A stretch of 64,000 nt of DNA from Spirochaetota bacterium (lineage in GTDB: Bacteria > Spirochaetota > UBA12135 > COTS27 > CBDBHE01), in assembly GCA_965205605.1 (NCBI GenBank), contig CBDBHE010000005.1, positions 1 to 64,000 of the forward strand. Direction: 5' to 3'. The notes under the pieces are model-generated. The model was not told the DNA's origin and searched no databases. It worked only from the letters and a program-made list of their open reading frames with translations. A program made the position numbers and the translations under genes. This document shows positions 17,463 to 27,582 of the stretch, piece by piece; position 1 is the stretch's first letter; every line of letters starts with the position of its first letter.

Positions 17463-20174
17463 TCAAACTGCTTTAAGGATTTCTTTTACTTTTGTCAAAG
17501 CTGCTTTTAAAAATTCTTTATTTGGAGCACCTGCTTGGGCAAAATCATCCCTTCCCCCCCCATTTCCTCCACAAATCTTAGCGGCTTGTTTGACTAAATT
17601 TCCAGCTTTAACAGACGAAGTGAGTACTTTTGAAATACCACATAAAAAAACTAATTTTTCATTTTCTTTTAAAGAAAATAAAATCACTGCTTTTTTATTT
17701 TTAGATTTTAAATAATCAATTTGTTCTCTTAAAATTTTAACGGGGACTTTTTGAAATTCGTGATAAAAAAATAAAATTTGATTTAAAAATTCTCCTTTCA
17801 GAGTCTGTAAAACTGTTTTTACTTGAAACAAAGTAATTTTTTCAAGTTCTTTTTCATATTGCTTATTATCATCAATCAAAGTTTTAATTTGACTTAAGAG
17901 TGTTTCACTTGAAGATATTCCAAGTAATTTTTTGATTTCTAAAAAAAAAGATTCTTTTTGCTGATAATATTCAAAGGCTTTTTTTCCTGTGATGGCTTTA
18001 ACTCTTCTAATACCAAAAGCACTTGAAGATTCATCTAGGATTTTAAAAAAGCCTATTTCAGAAGTGTTATTTACATGAGAGCCCCCACAAAGCTCAACGG
18101 AATAATCCTTCCCTATATTCACAACTCTCACTTTTTTACCATATTTTTCTTCAAAAAAAGCCATCGCTTTTTTCTTTTCTGACTCTTCTTTTGTCATTTG
18201 CTCTATAACCACACTATCATGGCGCCAAATAGCCCCATAAACCATTTTTTCAATTGTATTAAGAGCTGCTTTTGAAATGGTTTCAAAATGATTAAAGTCA
18301 AAACGAAGCCCATTCTCATTAATAAAAGACCCTTTTTGACTGATATGAGGGCCCAATTCTTGTCTAAGTGCTCGATGCAACAAATGAGTGGCGGTATGAT
18401 TTTTTCGAATCAAATCTCTCTTTATTTCATTTCGAATTAAAAAATAAGAGCTTCCTATTTTTACTTCTCCAAAAATAAGCTGCCCTTCATGAAGAAAATA
18501 ATTTTCTATTTTTTTTACATTACTAATAGCAATAAGGCATTCAAACTGATTTGAAGAAAAATCAGTTTGTTTAAAAAAATTTTTTTGATTTAAAAAAGAT
18601 CTAAAATCCTCTTCGTTCACAGGAGAAGCAACCCAACCACTATCACCAATTTGCCCCCCTGACTCAGCATAAAAAACACTTTGATTAAAAACAAGAAAGG
18701 ACGATTCATTTAAAGAACAAGAGGAAACTTTTTCTTGTTCTTTAAAAATAGCTAAAAGCTTTGCTTGACAAAAAAAATGATTAAAATCCCCCTCTTCTGC
18801 CCCTAAATAATTTGTTTTAGTTTCAACAGACCGCAGAGATAAGGCTAGTGTCTTTGAAAAATTTTCTTTGTTTTTTTTAGAACGTTCTTTTTGCAAAGTC
18901 ATCTCTTGAGAAAACCCTTTTGTATCAACATCAATATTTTGTTCTTTAGCAAGAAGTAACGTTAAATCCAAAGGAAATCCATAAGTATCATAAAGTTTGA
19001 AAGTGTCTTTAGAAGAAAGTAGTTTTTTATTTTCTTGTTTAAGCTTTTCTGTAAATCCATTAAAAACAACCAGCCCTCGATCCAAAGTTTTGTGAAAAGT
19101 TTCTTCCTCTAAAGCAACAATTTTTTCAATAAAAGCCTGGCTTTCTAATAGATTTTTGTAATAAGGGCCAAACTCACGACAAATAACACCCACAAGAGAG
19201 CTAAGCCAAATTCTTTTAATCTTAATATTTCGACTATAACGAGAAGCTCTTCTAAGCAAACGCCTAATCACATACCCCCTTCCCTCATTAGAAGGAATAA
19301 CCCCATCTGCAATTGAAAAACAAATCGAACGCATATGATCCGAAAGCACTCTCATCTCAACTGAAGATGTAAAATCTCTATAAGATTTTTTACTCGCTTT
19401 TTCAATACAAGCAATAATAGGCATAAATAAATCTGTTTCATAATTAGAATCTTTATTTTGTAATACTCCAGCAATTCTCTCAAGTCCCATACCGGTATCT
19501 ACATAATGTTGATTTAATTTTTCTAAAGTACCATCTTGCTTTCGGTAATATTGAATGAAAACCAAATTCCAAATTTCAACAAAACGATTAGAATTAGCAT
19601 TAATCAGTGGCTTAGGGGAAGCATCTAAATGTTCTCCTAAATCAATGTGAATCTCTGAACAAGGTCCACAAGGGCCTGTACGACCCATTTCCCAAAAATT
19701 ATCTTTTTCCCCAAAACGAAGAATTTGATCAACTCCAATATCTGTGGCTTTTTTCCAAATTTCAAAACTTTCATCATCGTCTTGATAGACCGTCACATAC
19801 AGCTTTTTTTTATCAAGGCCCCATTCTTTTGTTAAAAGCTCCCAAGCCCAAATAATGGCTTCTTCTTTCCAATAATCTCCAAAAGACCAATTTCCAAGCA
19901 TTTCAAAAAAAGTATGATGATACGTATCAAAGCCTACCTCTTGAAGATCATTGTGTTTACCAGAAACTCGAAGGCATTTTTGAAAATTACAAATACGCTG
20001 ATGTTCATAAGATTGTAATCCTAAAAAAATATCTTTAAAAGGATTCATTCCTGCATTAGTGAACAGAAGCTCACTATTTTCCTCCGGTACTAAAGAAGCA
20101 CTAGAAAAAACAACATGCCCTTTAGAAGCAAAAAAATCCAAAAAACTTTTTCGAATTGTTTGATGATTCATCAC
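17463..20174 (-). CDS. alaS: alanine--tRNA ligase
   Basis: LFTNAGM, HHTFFEMLGNWSFGDY, DTGMGLER, editing motifs HTATH and ELCGGSH, GGGR. Confidence 0.98.
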   Translation of the reverse strand: MMNHQTIRKSFLDFFASKGHVVFSSASLVPEENSELLFTNAGMNPFKDIFLGLQSYEHQRICNFQKCLRVSGKHNDLQEVGFDTYHHTFFEMLGNWSFGDYWKEEAIIWAWELLTKEWGLDKKKLYVTVYQDDDESFEIWKKATDIGVDQILRFGEKDNFWEMGRTGPCGPCSEIHIDLGEHLDASPKPLINANSNRFVEIWNLVFIQYYRKQDGTLEKLNQHYVDTGMGLERIAGVLQNKDSNYETDLFMPIIACIEKASKKSYRDFTSSVEMRVLSDHMRSICFSIADGVIPSNEGRGYVIRRLLRRASRYSRNIKIKRIWLSSLVGVICREFGPYYKNLLESQAFIEKIVALEEETFHKTLDRGLVVFNGFTEKLKQENKKLLSSKDTFKLYDTYGFPLDLTLLLAKEQNIDVDTKGFSQEMTLQKERSKKNKENFSKTLALSLRSVETKTNYLGAEEGDFNHFFCQAKLLAIFKEQEKVSSCSLNESSFLVFNQSVFYAESGGQIGDSGWVASPVNEEDFRSFLNQKNFFKQTDFSSNQFECLIAISNVKKIENYFLHEGQLIFGEVKIGSSYFLIRNEIKRDLIRKNHTATHLLHRALRQELGPHISQKGSFINENGLRFDFNHFETISKAALNTIEKMVYGAIWRHDSVVIEQMTKEESEKKKAMAFFEEKYGKKVRVVNIGKDYSVELCGGSHVNNTSEIGFFKILDESSSAFGIRRVKAITGKKAFEYYQQKESFFLEIKKLLGISSSETLLSQIKTLIDDNKQYEKELEKITLFQVKTVLQTLKGEFLNQILFFYHEFQKVPVKILREQIDYLKSKNKKAVILFSLKENEKLVFLCGISKVLTSSVKAGNLVKQAAKICGGNGGGRDDFAQAGAPNKEFLKAALTKVKEILKAV

Positions 20175-20321
20175 ACGCTTTTATTGTTAAAAACAAATCC
20201 TTAATATAAATATAAAAAAATTAAACTAAAAAGATTTTTCTTTAGTTGAAAAAAATAATTGTACTATTACTTTATCAAAAGCTGATGTTTAAAAACAAAC
20301 CTTAAAGTTTCTTTTTAGAAG

Positions 20322-21362
20322 CTATCCTCCGATTTGAAACATCTCAATTTTTTTTTCAGATGATTTTTTTTCTAAAAAACGTTTTCTTTCCTCAGAATAG
20401 CGATCAAAACGATGGGCCCAAATTTCCCTTAAATAAGCCTCGATTTGCTGATCTGTCTTACTTAGGACTTCACTTAAAGGAAAGCCTTTTTTAGCAAAAA
20501 GACATGTATATAAAATTCCTTGAACTGAAAGTCTGGCCCGATTGCAGTTTTTACAAAAAGGTTTTGTAACAGAAGAAATAAACCCTACCCCTCCTGGAAA
20601 ATGATCTAAAAAAAAATAATTTTCAGCAACTCCTTGTGAAAAAGAATCCCGTAAAGAAGATTTTAAACGGGGAGTTTGTTTACATGGTGTAAGAGGATAT
20701 TTCACTTCAATTTGTTTCTTAATAAAGGATGAAGAAACAACTTGTTTTTCATTCCAATGATTAAGATTGCCAGTATCCATAAATTCAATAAAACGAATAA
20801 AAACACCTTTTTCCCGAGCATAATCCACTAAAGGCAAAATTTCACTTTCATTAAAATGACGCAGGATAACGGTGTTAATTTTAACTTCAAACCCTGTCTT
20901 TAAAGAAGCTTCAATCCCTTTTAAAACTTTATGAAAAGCTTCCTTTGAAGTTCCTCTTATTTTTGAAAAAAGAGTTTCATTTAAAGCATCCAAACTAACA
21001 GTCAAACCATCAAGCCCACTCCTTTTTAAATCTTCTACTAAAGGTTCTAAAAGATCTCCATTGGTGGTTAAAAAAATTTTTTTAATGCCTTTAATTAACT
21101 TTAAAGTTTTGATAATCGTACAAATATCTTTTCTAAGTAAGGCTTCACCCCCGGTTAATCTAATTTTAGAAACACCTAGTTTTGTAAAAATTTTAATAAG
21201 ACGTTTTAAATGGGAAATCGATAAATAAGTATCAGGAGGAAAAAATTGATACTTATTTCCTTTAGGCATACAATAAGTACATCGAAAATGACACTTATCA
21301 GTTAATGAAAGACGGAGTGTGTTTAAAGGGCGATTGAAAGTATCGTGAATCAAGTGTGACAA
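20322..21362 (-). CDS. moaA: GTP 3',8-cyclase (molybdenum cofactor biosynthesis)
   Basis: CxxxCxxC (CHFRCTYC), FCKNCNRARL...C, C-terminal IGG. Confidence 0.95.
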   Translation of the reverse strand: MSHLIHDTFNRPLNTLRLSLTDKCHFRCTYCMPKGNKYQFFPPDTYLSISHLKRLIKIFTKLGVSKIRLTGGEALLRKDICTIIKTLKLIKGIKKIFLTTNGDLLEPLVEDLKRSGLDGLTVSLDALNETLFSKIRGTSKEAFHKVLKGIEASLKTGFEVKINTVILRHFNESEILPLVDYAREKGVFIRFIEFMDTGNLNHWNEKQVVSSSFIKKQIEVKYPLTPCKQTPRLKSSLRDSFSQGVAENYFFLDHFPGGVGFISSVTKPFCKNCNRARLSVQGILYTCLFAKKGFPLSEVLSKTDQQIEAYLREIWAHRFDRYSEERKRFLEKKSSEKKIEMFQIGG

Positions 21363-21479
21363 AACTATAAAAACAACTTTTTATTTTTACTTTAAACTAA
21401 ATTTCTTTTTTTTGAAAATAGAAATTTGTTTTAAAAAAATGTCTATTTTATAATGAAAAATAATCTTTTCTTAAAAACG

Positions 21480-22338
21480 ATGAACAATACCGATAAAGCA
21501 AAAATTCTTACGGAAGCAATTCCGTATATTCAACGATTTTCCAAAAAAAAAAATGGTTATTAAAGTAGGTGGATCAGTGATAGAGAATGAAAATTTACAA
21601 AAAAATTTATTTCAAGATATTGTTTGGATGCAATTAACAGGCATTGAACCTATCATCGTTCACGGAGGAGGTAAACATATTTCATCGATGATGAAAAAAC
21701 TGGGAAAACAAAGTCAATTCATTGATGGGTTAAGAGTAACCGATAAAGAAACAATGGAAATTACTCAAATGATTTTAGCAGGTTTATTAAGTAAAGATAT
21801 TGTTTCAATGATTCAAAGAGAAGGTGGAAAAGCTGTTGGTTTTTCTGGAAAAGATGGCAATATGGTTTTAGCAAAAAAAATTGAAAAAAATAAAATTGAC
21901 TATGGTTATGTAGGTGAGATTGAAAAAATTGATCCTGTTATTATTAATTATTTATTAGAAAAAAATTTTATTCCAGTGCTTTCGCCTATTGCTAATAGTC
22001 AAAGTGCTCAATCTCTTAATATCAATGCCGATCTTTTTGCTATTGAACTCTCCATTGCTTTAAAAGCAGAAAAAGTAATTTTTATTACTGATGTGAAAGG
22101 AATCTTACTTGAAGAAAAAAATGAAAAAACACTGATTGAAAAAATAAATATTAAAAAAATAAAATCTTTAATTAAAAACAAAACCATTTCAAAAGGAATG
22201 ATACCAAAAGCAGAGTCAGGTATAAAAGCCATCGAAAAAGGAGTTTTAAGTGTACACATTATCAGTGGAAAAATTCCCCACTCTTTAATGATCGAGCTTT
22301 TTACAACAGAAGGTATCGGGACTCAAATCATCAAATAA
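21480..22338 (+). CDS. argB: acetylglutamate kinase; N-terminal 24 codons out of frame at an A11 tract
   Basis: VIKVGG, VHGGG, GLRVTD, NINAD, GMIPK. The upstream ATG 21480 gives MNNTDKAKILTEAIPYIQRFSKK, the usual ArgB N-terminus. Confidence 0.92.
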
Positions 22339-22366
22339 AATCATTTTTATTTGATTAAAAACCACT

Positions 22367-23539
22367 ATGACACAAGCTCTTTTTGACACTTATCATCGAT
22401 TTAATATCGAGTTTATCAAAGGAAAAAAATCCACTCTTATTGATACAAAAGGAAAAAATTATATTGATTTTCTTTCAGGACTTGGTGTTAATAATCTTGG
22501 ATATAGCAACAAAATAATTTCAAAATCTATAAAAAAAGCTTTAAAAAAACCTTTACATACTAGTAATTTATTTGAGATTTCTAGCCAAAGAAGTCTTGCT
22601 AAATTGATTCAAAAAGAAACTTTTTCAGGAGCTTCTTTTTTTTGCAATAGTGGCACAGAAGCCAATGAAGCAGCTATTAAGTTTACCCTTAAATATGCTA
22701 AAATAAAAAATAAAAAAAATCCAATTATTTTAAGTGCAATTAATTCGTTTCACGGACGGACCATCGGTTCGTTAAGTTTAACAGGTCAAAAAAAATATCA
22801 AACCGATTTTAAGCCTCTCCTACCCAATATTAAAACATTTGAATACAACAACACAACCTCTTTAGAAAAAAAATTTTCAAACAATACAGTCGCTGTTTTC
22901 ATTGAAGTCGTTCAAGGAGAAGGAGGCGTGTTTCCTATTGAATTAAATTTTTTTAAAAAAATAAGAGACTTATGCAATCAACACGAAGCTCTTCTAATTG
23001 TTGATGAGGTCCAATCAGGGTGCAGCCGAACAGGTCGTTTTCTTGCTTCTCAACATTTCAAAGTCCCCATTGATGGATTTACTTTAGCAAAATCATTAGC
23101 GGGAGGTCTTCCAATAGGGTGCTTTACAATTAAAAAAAAATATGCCGATATTTTTTCTTATGGGGATCACGCTTCTACTTTTGGGGGCAATCCTTTTGTC
23201 ACCCAAGTCGCTCTTTGTGCTTTTAAGCTATTAACTCATCCCAATTTTCTAAAAAAAATAAGAGAAAAAAGTCTTTTGTTCAAAGAAATTTTATTAAATT
23301 TAAAAAAAGAGTATTCTTTTATTAAAGAAATAAGGCAATTGGGCCTCATGATGGCTTTTGAAATGAAAAAAAACACTTTATCGGCTTCTTTATTGGTTCA
23401 AAAAGCACTTGAAGAAGGTCTTATTATTGGAAATATTGGAGAGAATACAATTCGAATGTTACCCCCTCTTATCATTAATAAAAAAGAACTTGAACAAGGA
23501 GTAAAGTGCTTAAAAAAAATAATAAGTTGTCTAAAATAA
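22367..23539 (+). CDS. argD: acetylornithine aminotransferase
   Basis: NSGTEANEAA, SFHGRT, DEVQSG, LAKSLAGG, HASTFGGNP; lies between argB and argF. Confidence 0.92.
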   Translation: MTQALFDTYHRFNIEFIKGKKSTLIDTKGKNYIDFLSGLGVNNLGYSNKIISKSIKKALKKPLHTSNLFEISSQRSLAKLIQKETFSGASFFCNSGTEANEAAIKFTLKYAKIKNKKNPIILSAINSFHGRTIGSLSLTGQKKYQTDFKPLLPNIKTFEYNNTTSLEKKFSNNTVAVFIEVVQGEGGVFPIELNFFKKIRDLCNQHEALLIVDEVQSGCSRTGRFLASQHFKVPIDGFTLAKSLAGGLPIGCFTIKKKYADIFSYGDHASTFGGNPFVTQVALCAFKLLTHPNFLKKIREKSLLFKEILLNLKKEYSFIKEIRQLGLMMAFEMKKNTLSASLLVQKALEEGLIIGNIGENTIRMLPPLIINKKELEQGVKCLKKIISCLK

Positions 23540-23541
23540 AC

Positions 23542-24438
23542 ATGTTTAATCAAAAAGACTTCATTGATCTAAAGGACTTTAACCAAAAAGAACTTGAATC
23601 TATTTTAAAATTGGCTACTGCTTTAAAAAAAAAAAAATCTCTTTTAAAAAAATCTCTTTTAAAAGGCAAAAATATTGGTCTACTTTTTAACAAAGAATCA
23701 ACAAGGACAAGAATTGCTTTTGAAGTGGCCATTAATCAATTAGGGGGACATTGTATTTTTTTACAAGATTCTCAAATACAAATGAGTTGTGGAGAAGATC
23801 TTTTAGATACTGCTAAAGTTTTAGAACGTTATTTAGATACTCTCATTATTAGAAATAATTCTTATGAGGATCTTATAAAAATCTCAAAAAACATTCAAAT
23901 CCCCGTTATCAATGCTTTAACAAATAAGAATCATCCTTGTCAAATTTTAGCTGATTTTCTTACGATTCAAGAGAGAAAAAAAAATTTACAGAAAATAAAA
24001 ATTGCTTATCTTGGAGATGGCAATAATGTCGCTTATTCTTTAGCGATGGGGTGTAAGATTTTAAACATTTCTCTTTCAGTTGCTTCTCCTAAAAAGTATC
24101 AACTAGAAAAAAAAATACAACAAGAACTTCATGCTCCTTATATTCAATTTTCAAATGATCCAATTGAAGCTTGCAAACAAGCTGATGTGATTTACACTGA
24201 TGTTTGGACTTCAATGGGAGACAAAAAAAAAGAAAAAAAATTATTTCAAAAATTCCAAATTAATCAAAAACTCCTTAAAAATGCAAAAAAAGATTATATT
24301 TTTCTTCATTGTTTACCGGCTCATCGTGGAGAAGAAGTCACCAACACAATTATAGATAGTTTTCAATCTTGCGTTTTTGATCAAGCTGAAAATAAACTTT
24401 ACACACAAAAAGCAATTTTAATACTATTATTTAATTAA
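23542..24438 (+). CDS. argF: ornithine carbamoyltransferase (start at ATG 23542 preferred)
   Basis: STRTR, HPCQ, DVWTSMG, HCLP. Confidence 0.93.
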   Translation: MFNQKDFIDLKDFNQKELESILKLATALKKKKSLLKKSLLKGKNIGLLFNKESTRTRIAFEVAINQLGGHCIFLQDSQIQMSCGEDLLDTAKVLERYLDTLIIRNNSYEDLIKISKNIQIPVINALTNKNHPCQILADFLTIQERKKNLQKIKIAYLGDGNNVAYSLAMGCKILNISLSVASPKKYQLEKKIQQELHAPYIQFSNDPIEACKQADVIYTDVWTSMGDKKKEKKLFQKFQINQKLLKNAKKDYIFLHCLPAHRGEEVTNTIIDSFQSCVFDQAENKLYTQKAILILLFN

Positions 24439-24468
24439 ATAAGTTTAAGTTAGATTTAAAAAATTAAA

Positions 24469-24768
24469 ATGATAAAAAGCAATATAAAAAAAATTATTTT
24501 AGTTTTGTTTTCAATATTTCTTTTTTTAAAAGAACGCTCTTTTTTAAAAGACTTTTTAATTTATGAAAAATCAATTCCTTTAAAAGAGATCAAAATTACA
24601 GGCCCTATTTTAAAAAAAGGTATTTATAGAGTCCCAATGGATGCTAATATTAAAGAAATTATTAAAATAGCGGGTGGATTAAAGCCATCTTATTTTTTAA
24701 AAAAAAATACAGGAAATTTAGTACTTATTAATGAATCTACAATAAATATGATAAAATACACTTATTAA
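24469..24768 (+). CDS. small membrane-anchored SLBB-domain protein (ComEA N-terminal-like)
   Basis: N-terminal hydrophobic segment, then ITGPILKKGIY...IIKIAGG. Confidence 0.6.
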   Translation: MIKSNIKKIILVLFSIFLFLKERSFLKDFLIYEKSIPLKEIKITGPILKKGIYRVPMDANIKEIIKIAGGLKPSYFLKKNTGNLVLINESTINMIKYTY

Positions 24769-24790
24769 TATTAATAATAATAAGTAAGTC

Positions 24791-25963
24791 ATGGCAGAAG
24801 AAACGATGAAAGATGATGAAAAAGAGGATATAAGCCTTTCGGAAAATGAATTAGATAACATTCTTTCAAAAGCTGAAATTTCACAAATTGACATTGATTC
24901 ACAAGAAATAGACTCAAGCTTAAAAGAAGAAAATACCTTTTTTCCTAGTACTAACTTTGATGAAACCCCAGAAGATATTGACGATATTACTCTTGAAAAT
25001 AAAGATAACATTTCCACTAATTTAGACACAAGTCCTCAACCTAAAAAAGAACCTACCTCTCTTATAGATGAAGATAAAAAAAGTGAAGATAAGGGTGATT
25101 TTTCTTTAGATAACAACGATGACCCTAGTCTCTATGATTTTGATCCTAATGTCGATCCTGCTACCAAAAGCACCTCTTCTTCTGTAGAAGCTCAAGCTCC
25201 TAAAAATCCAACAGATAGTAGTAATACAAATCCCCCAGAATCTTCTTTAGATGACAACGATGACCCCAGCCTCTATGATTTTGATCCTAATGCCGATCCT
25301 GCTACCAAAAGCACCTCTTCTTCTGTAGAAGCTCAAGCTCCTAAAAATCCAACAGATAGTAGTAATACAAATCCCCCAGAATCTTCTTTAGATGACAACG
25401 ATGACCCTAGTCTCTATGATTTTGATCCTAATGCCGATCCTGCTACAAGTAATGAAACCTCAATTAATGATCAAGCTCCTGAAGACCCTTCTTTTGTGAG
25501 TGATTTCTCTGCTGACCAAGCAGATGAAAACCAAGTCGAAAAAAGCGCTATCCAATCAAATGAAGAAGATGAAACTGTCTCTTTATCACCAAACGAGATG
25601 GGCAGTATTTTAGAAAATGTTGATAAATCAAAGATGGTTAATTTAAACGAAAATTTAAAAAATACAATAACTAACTCTATCGATAAAGTTTCTAGTAGTG
25701 AAACAAACGAAAGTTTTGATGGGGGTGTTACTCAAGGAGATATTGAAAATGCTCCTGTCATTGACCCAGAAATAAGCAGTTTAGTCACAAAAAATAGCTC
25801 AAGCCAAGCTTTATCTTTACCCATTAGTGAAGAAGAACTTTATGATCTTTTTAGTTTTTTAGATGAAATATTAAGTTATCTTCCTGAAGATAAAATTCAA
25901 GAGTTTGCTCATTCAAGTTATTATGATAAATATATTGCACTTTTAAATAAACTTGGTATTTAA
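24791..25963 (+). CDS. highly acidic, largely disordered protein with internal repeats and a conserved-looking C-terminal domain
   Basis: D/E/S-rich; ISLSENELDNIL-type motif twice; C-terminus FLDEILSYLPEDKIQEFAHSSYYDKY...LGI resembles a spirochaete hypothetical family. Confidence 0.75.
   Translation: MAEETMKDDEKEDISLSENELDNILSKAEISQIDIDSQEIDSSLKEENTFFPSTNFDETPEDIDDITLENKDNISTNLDTSPQPKKEPTSLIDEDKKSEDKGDFSLDNNDDPSLYDFDPNVDPATKSTSSSVEAQAPKNPTDSSNTNPPESSLDDNDDPSLYDFDPNADPATKSTSSSVEAQAPKNPTDSSNTNPPESSLDDNDDPSLYDFDPNADPATSNETSINDQAPEDPSFVSDFSADQADENQVEKSAIQSNEEDETVSLSPNEMGSILENVDKSKMVNLNENLKNTITNSIDKVSSSETNESFDGGVTQGDIENAPVIDPEISSLVTKNSSSQALSLPISEEELYDLFSFLDEILSYLPEDKIQEFAHSSYYDKYIALLNKLGI
25103..25446 (+). 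repeat. in-frame 141-bp (47-aa) tandem repeat, about 2.4 copies
   Basis: near-identical units start at 25103, 25244 and 25385 (SLDDNDDPSLYDFDPNADPAT...). Confidence 0.95.
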
Positions 25964-25971
25964 TCTTTCCT

Positions 25972-26538
25972 ATGAGTTTATATCAAAAAAGTAAAAATTT
26001 TCTTTTTCAAGAGTTTATTCACAAAAATTACCAAGGCATTAATGAAGAAAATAAAAAAAAATTACTTGCCATTAAAACAGAAGATATTTTAACTTACAAA
26101 GAAGAATTAGAGGGTCTTTTAAAATTAATTGAACAAACAACTATTATTTTAAGTAAATCACCCAAATCTCTTTCTTTAAAAGAAAGTCTTTTTAAAATAT
26201 GTCGCGAATTTGAAATTGATTTTTTTACTTTATATCTTTTTAATTACAAAAAAACAATATTAGAAAAAAAAATTCACTTTGGAAATGAAGATTTACATAA
26301 AGCATCTATTCCCATTGAAGAATGGATAACCAAATCAGACAACCCTTTACTCTCTTTTTCCCTTTATAAAAATTCTAAAAAAAAACCTATTTTAGAACAA
26401 AAAACTATTTTAGAAAATTACAAAGGAAATCAAATTGGAGGAGTCATTTGGAAAAAAAAACTAAGTCATTATTCTTTACCTGTGATTAGAAATTTCTTAA
26501 AAAGCATGACTGTTTTTTGTATTAATAATTTTAAATAA
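25972..26538 (+). CDS. hypothetical protein
   Basis: 188-aa ORF tightly packed between co-directional genes. Confidence 0.6.
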   Translation: MSLYQKSKNFLFQEFIHKNYQGINEENKKKLLAIKTEDILTYKEELEGLLKLIEQTTIILSKSPKSLSLKESLFKICREFEIDFFTLYLFNYKKTILEKKIHFGNEDLHKASIPIEEWITKSDNPLLSFSLYKNSKKKPILEQKTILENYKGNQIGGVIWKKKLSHYSLPVIRNFLKSMTVFCINNFK

Positions 26539-26568
26539 ATTTCATATTTTTTTATTCTCACCTACCTT

Positions 26569-27576
26569 TTGATGAAAGGGTTTATTGATCAATTAAATTT
26601 AACAGTGGCTTCCGGTAATGGGGCTCCTGGAGCTGTCTCTTTTAGAAGAGAAAAATTTGTCCCAAAAGGAGGGCCAGATGGGGGAGATGGGGGAAATGGG
26701 GGGAATATTATTTTTATTGCCAGTAAAAAATTATCTTCTCTTTCTCACTTATATTCTTTAAAAGTTATAAAAGCCAGTGATGGTCAAGCCGGCAGTGGGC
26801 TTAATAAAAAAGGTAAAAATGGTGATTTCAAAACCATCCTACTTCCAGTAGGTTCTATTTTAAAAGATCAATTAGGAAATCTTATTGTAGATTTCAATAA
26901 AGATGGAGAGTCTTTTTTGTTTTTAAAAGGTGGCAAAGGAGGTAGAGGTAATGCTTTTTTCGCAAATTCAAAAAATCAAACCCCCCTCTATGCTCAAAAA
27001 GGCATTAAAGGAAGTCAAGTTGATATTTTTTTAGAATTAAAATTGATTGCTGATATCGGACTTTTAGGGCTTCCCAATGTTGGAAAATCAACATTTATAG
27101 CTTCTATAACCAATGCAAGGCCTAAAATAGCTAATTATCCTTTTACAACGCTTTCCCCTCATTTGGGAATTTATAACATTAATATTGAAAAACAACTCAT
27201 TATCGCTGATATTCCAGGTATCATTGAAGGAGCATATACAGGTAAAGGGCTTGGTCTTTATTTTTTAAAACATATTGAAAGAACAAGTTTTCTTTTTTTT
27301 ATTATTGAAAGTCTTTCAAAAGACCCTTATACAGATTTTAAAAAAATAAAAAAAGAAATTAACTCGTATAGTAAAGAGCTTTCTAAGCGTCCTTATGCTA
27401 TTGGCATTAGTAAATCAGAATTAATAACTGACAAAAAAAAACTGATTAATGAATTTTCAAAAATAGAAAGAAGTAAGCTTTTTTTCTTTAGTAGTCTTAC
27501 CAAAGAAGGCTTAAAAGAGTTTCAAAAAATTGGGTATGAAGTTTTATTTTTAAAAGAACAAAAAGAGGTAATTTAA
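26569..27576 (+). CDS. obgE: GTPase Obg/CgtA
   Basis: FRREKFVPKGGPDGGDGG, GLPNVGKST, YPFTTL, DIPG. Confidence 0.96.
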   Translation: MMKGFIDQLNLTVASGNGAPGAVSFRREKFVPKGGPDGGDGGNGGNIIFIASKKLSSLSHLYSLKVIKASDGQAGSGLNKKGKNGDFKTILLPVGSILKDQLGNLIVDFNKDGESFLFLKGGKGGRGNAFFANSKNQTPLYAQKGIKGSQVDIFLELKLIADIGLLGLPNVGKSTFIASITNARPKIANYPFTTLSPHLGIYNINIEKQLIIADIPGIIEGAYTGKGLGLYFLKHIERTSFLFFIIESLSKDPYTDFKKIKKEINSYSKELSKRPYAIGISKSELITDKKKLINEFSKIERSKLFFFSSLTKEGLKEFQKIGYEVLFLKEQKEVI

Positions 27577-27582
27577 ATTCAA

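Noticed and set aside
25103-25446. Possible CRISPR array
   Set aside because: The units are contiguous 141-bp in-frame coding repeats with no unique spacers, and no cas genes are present.
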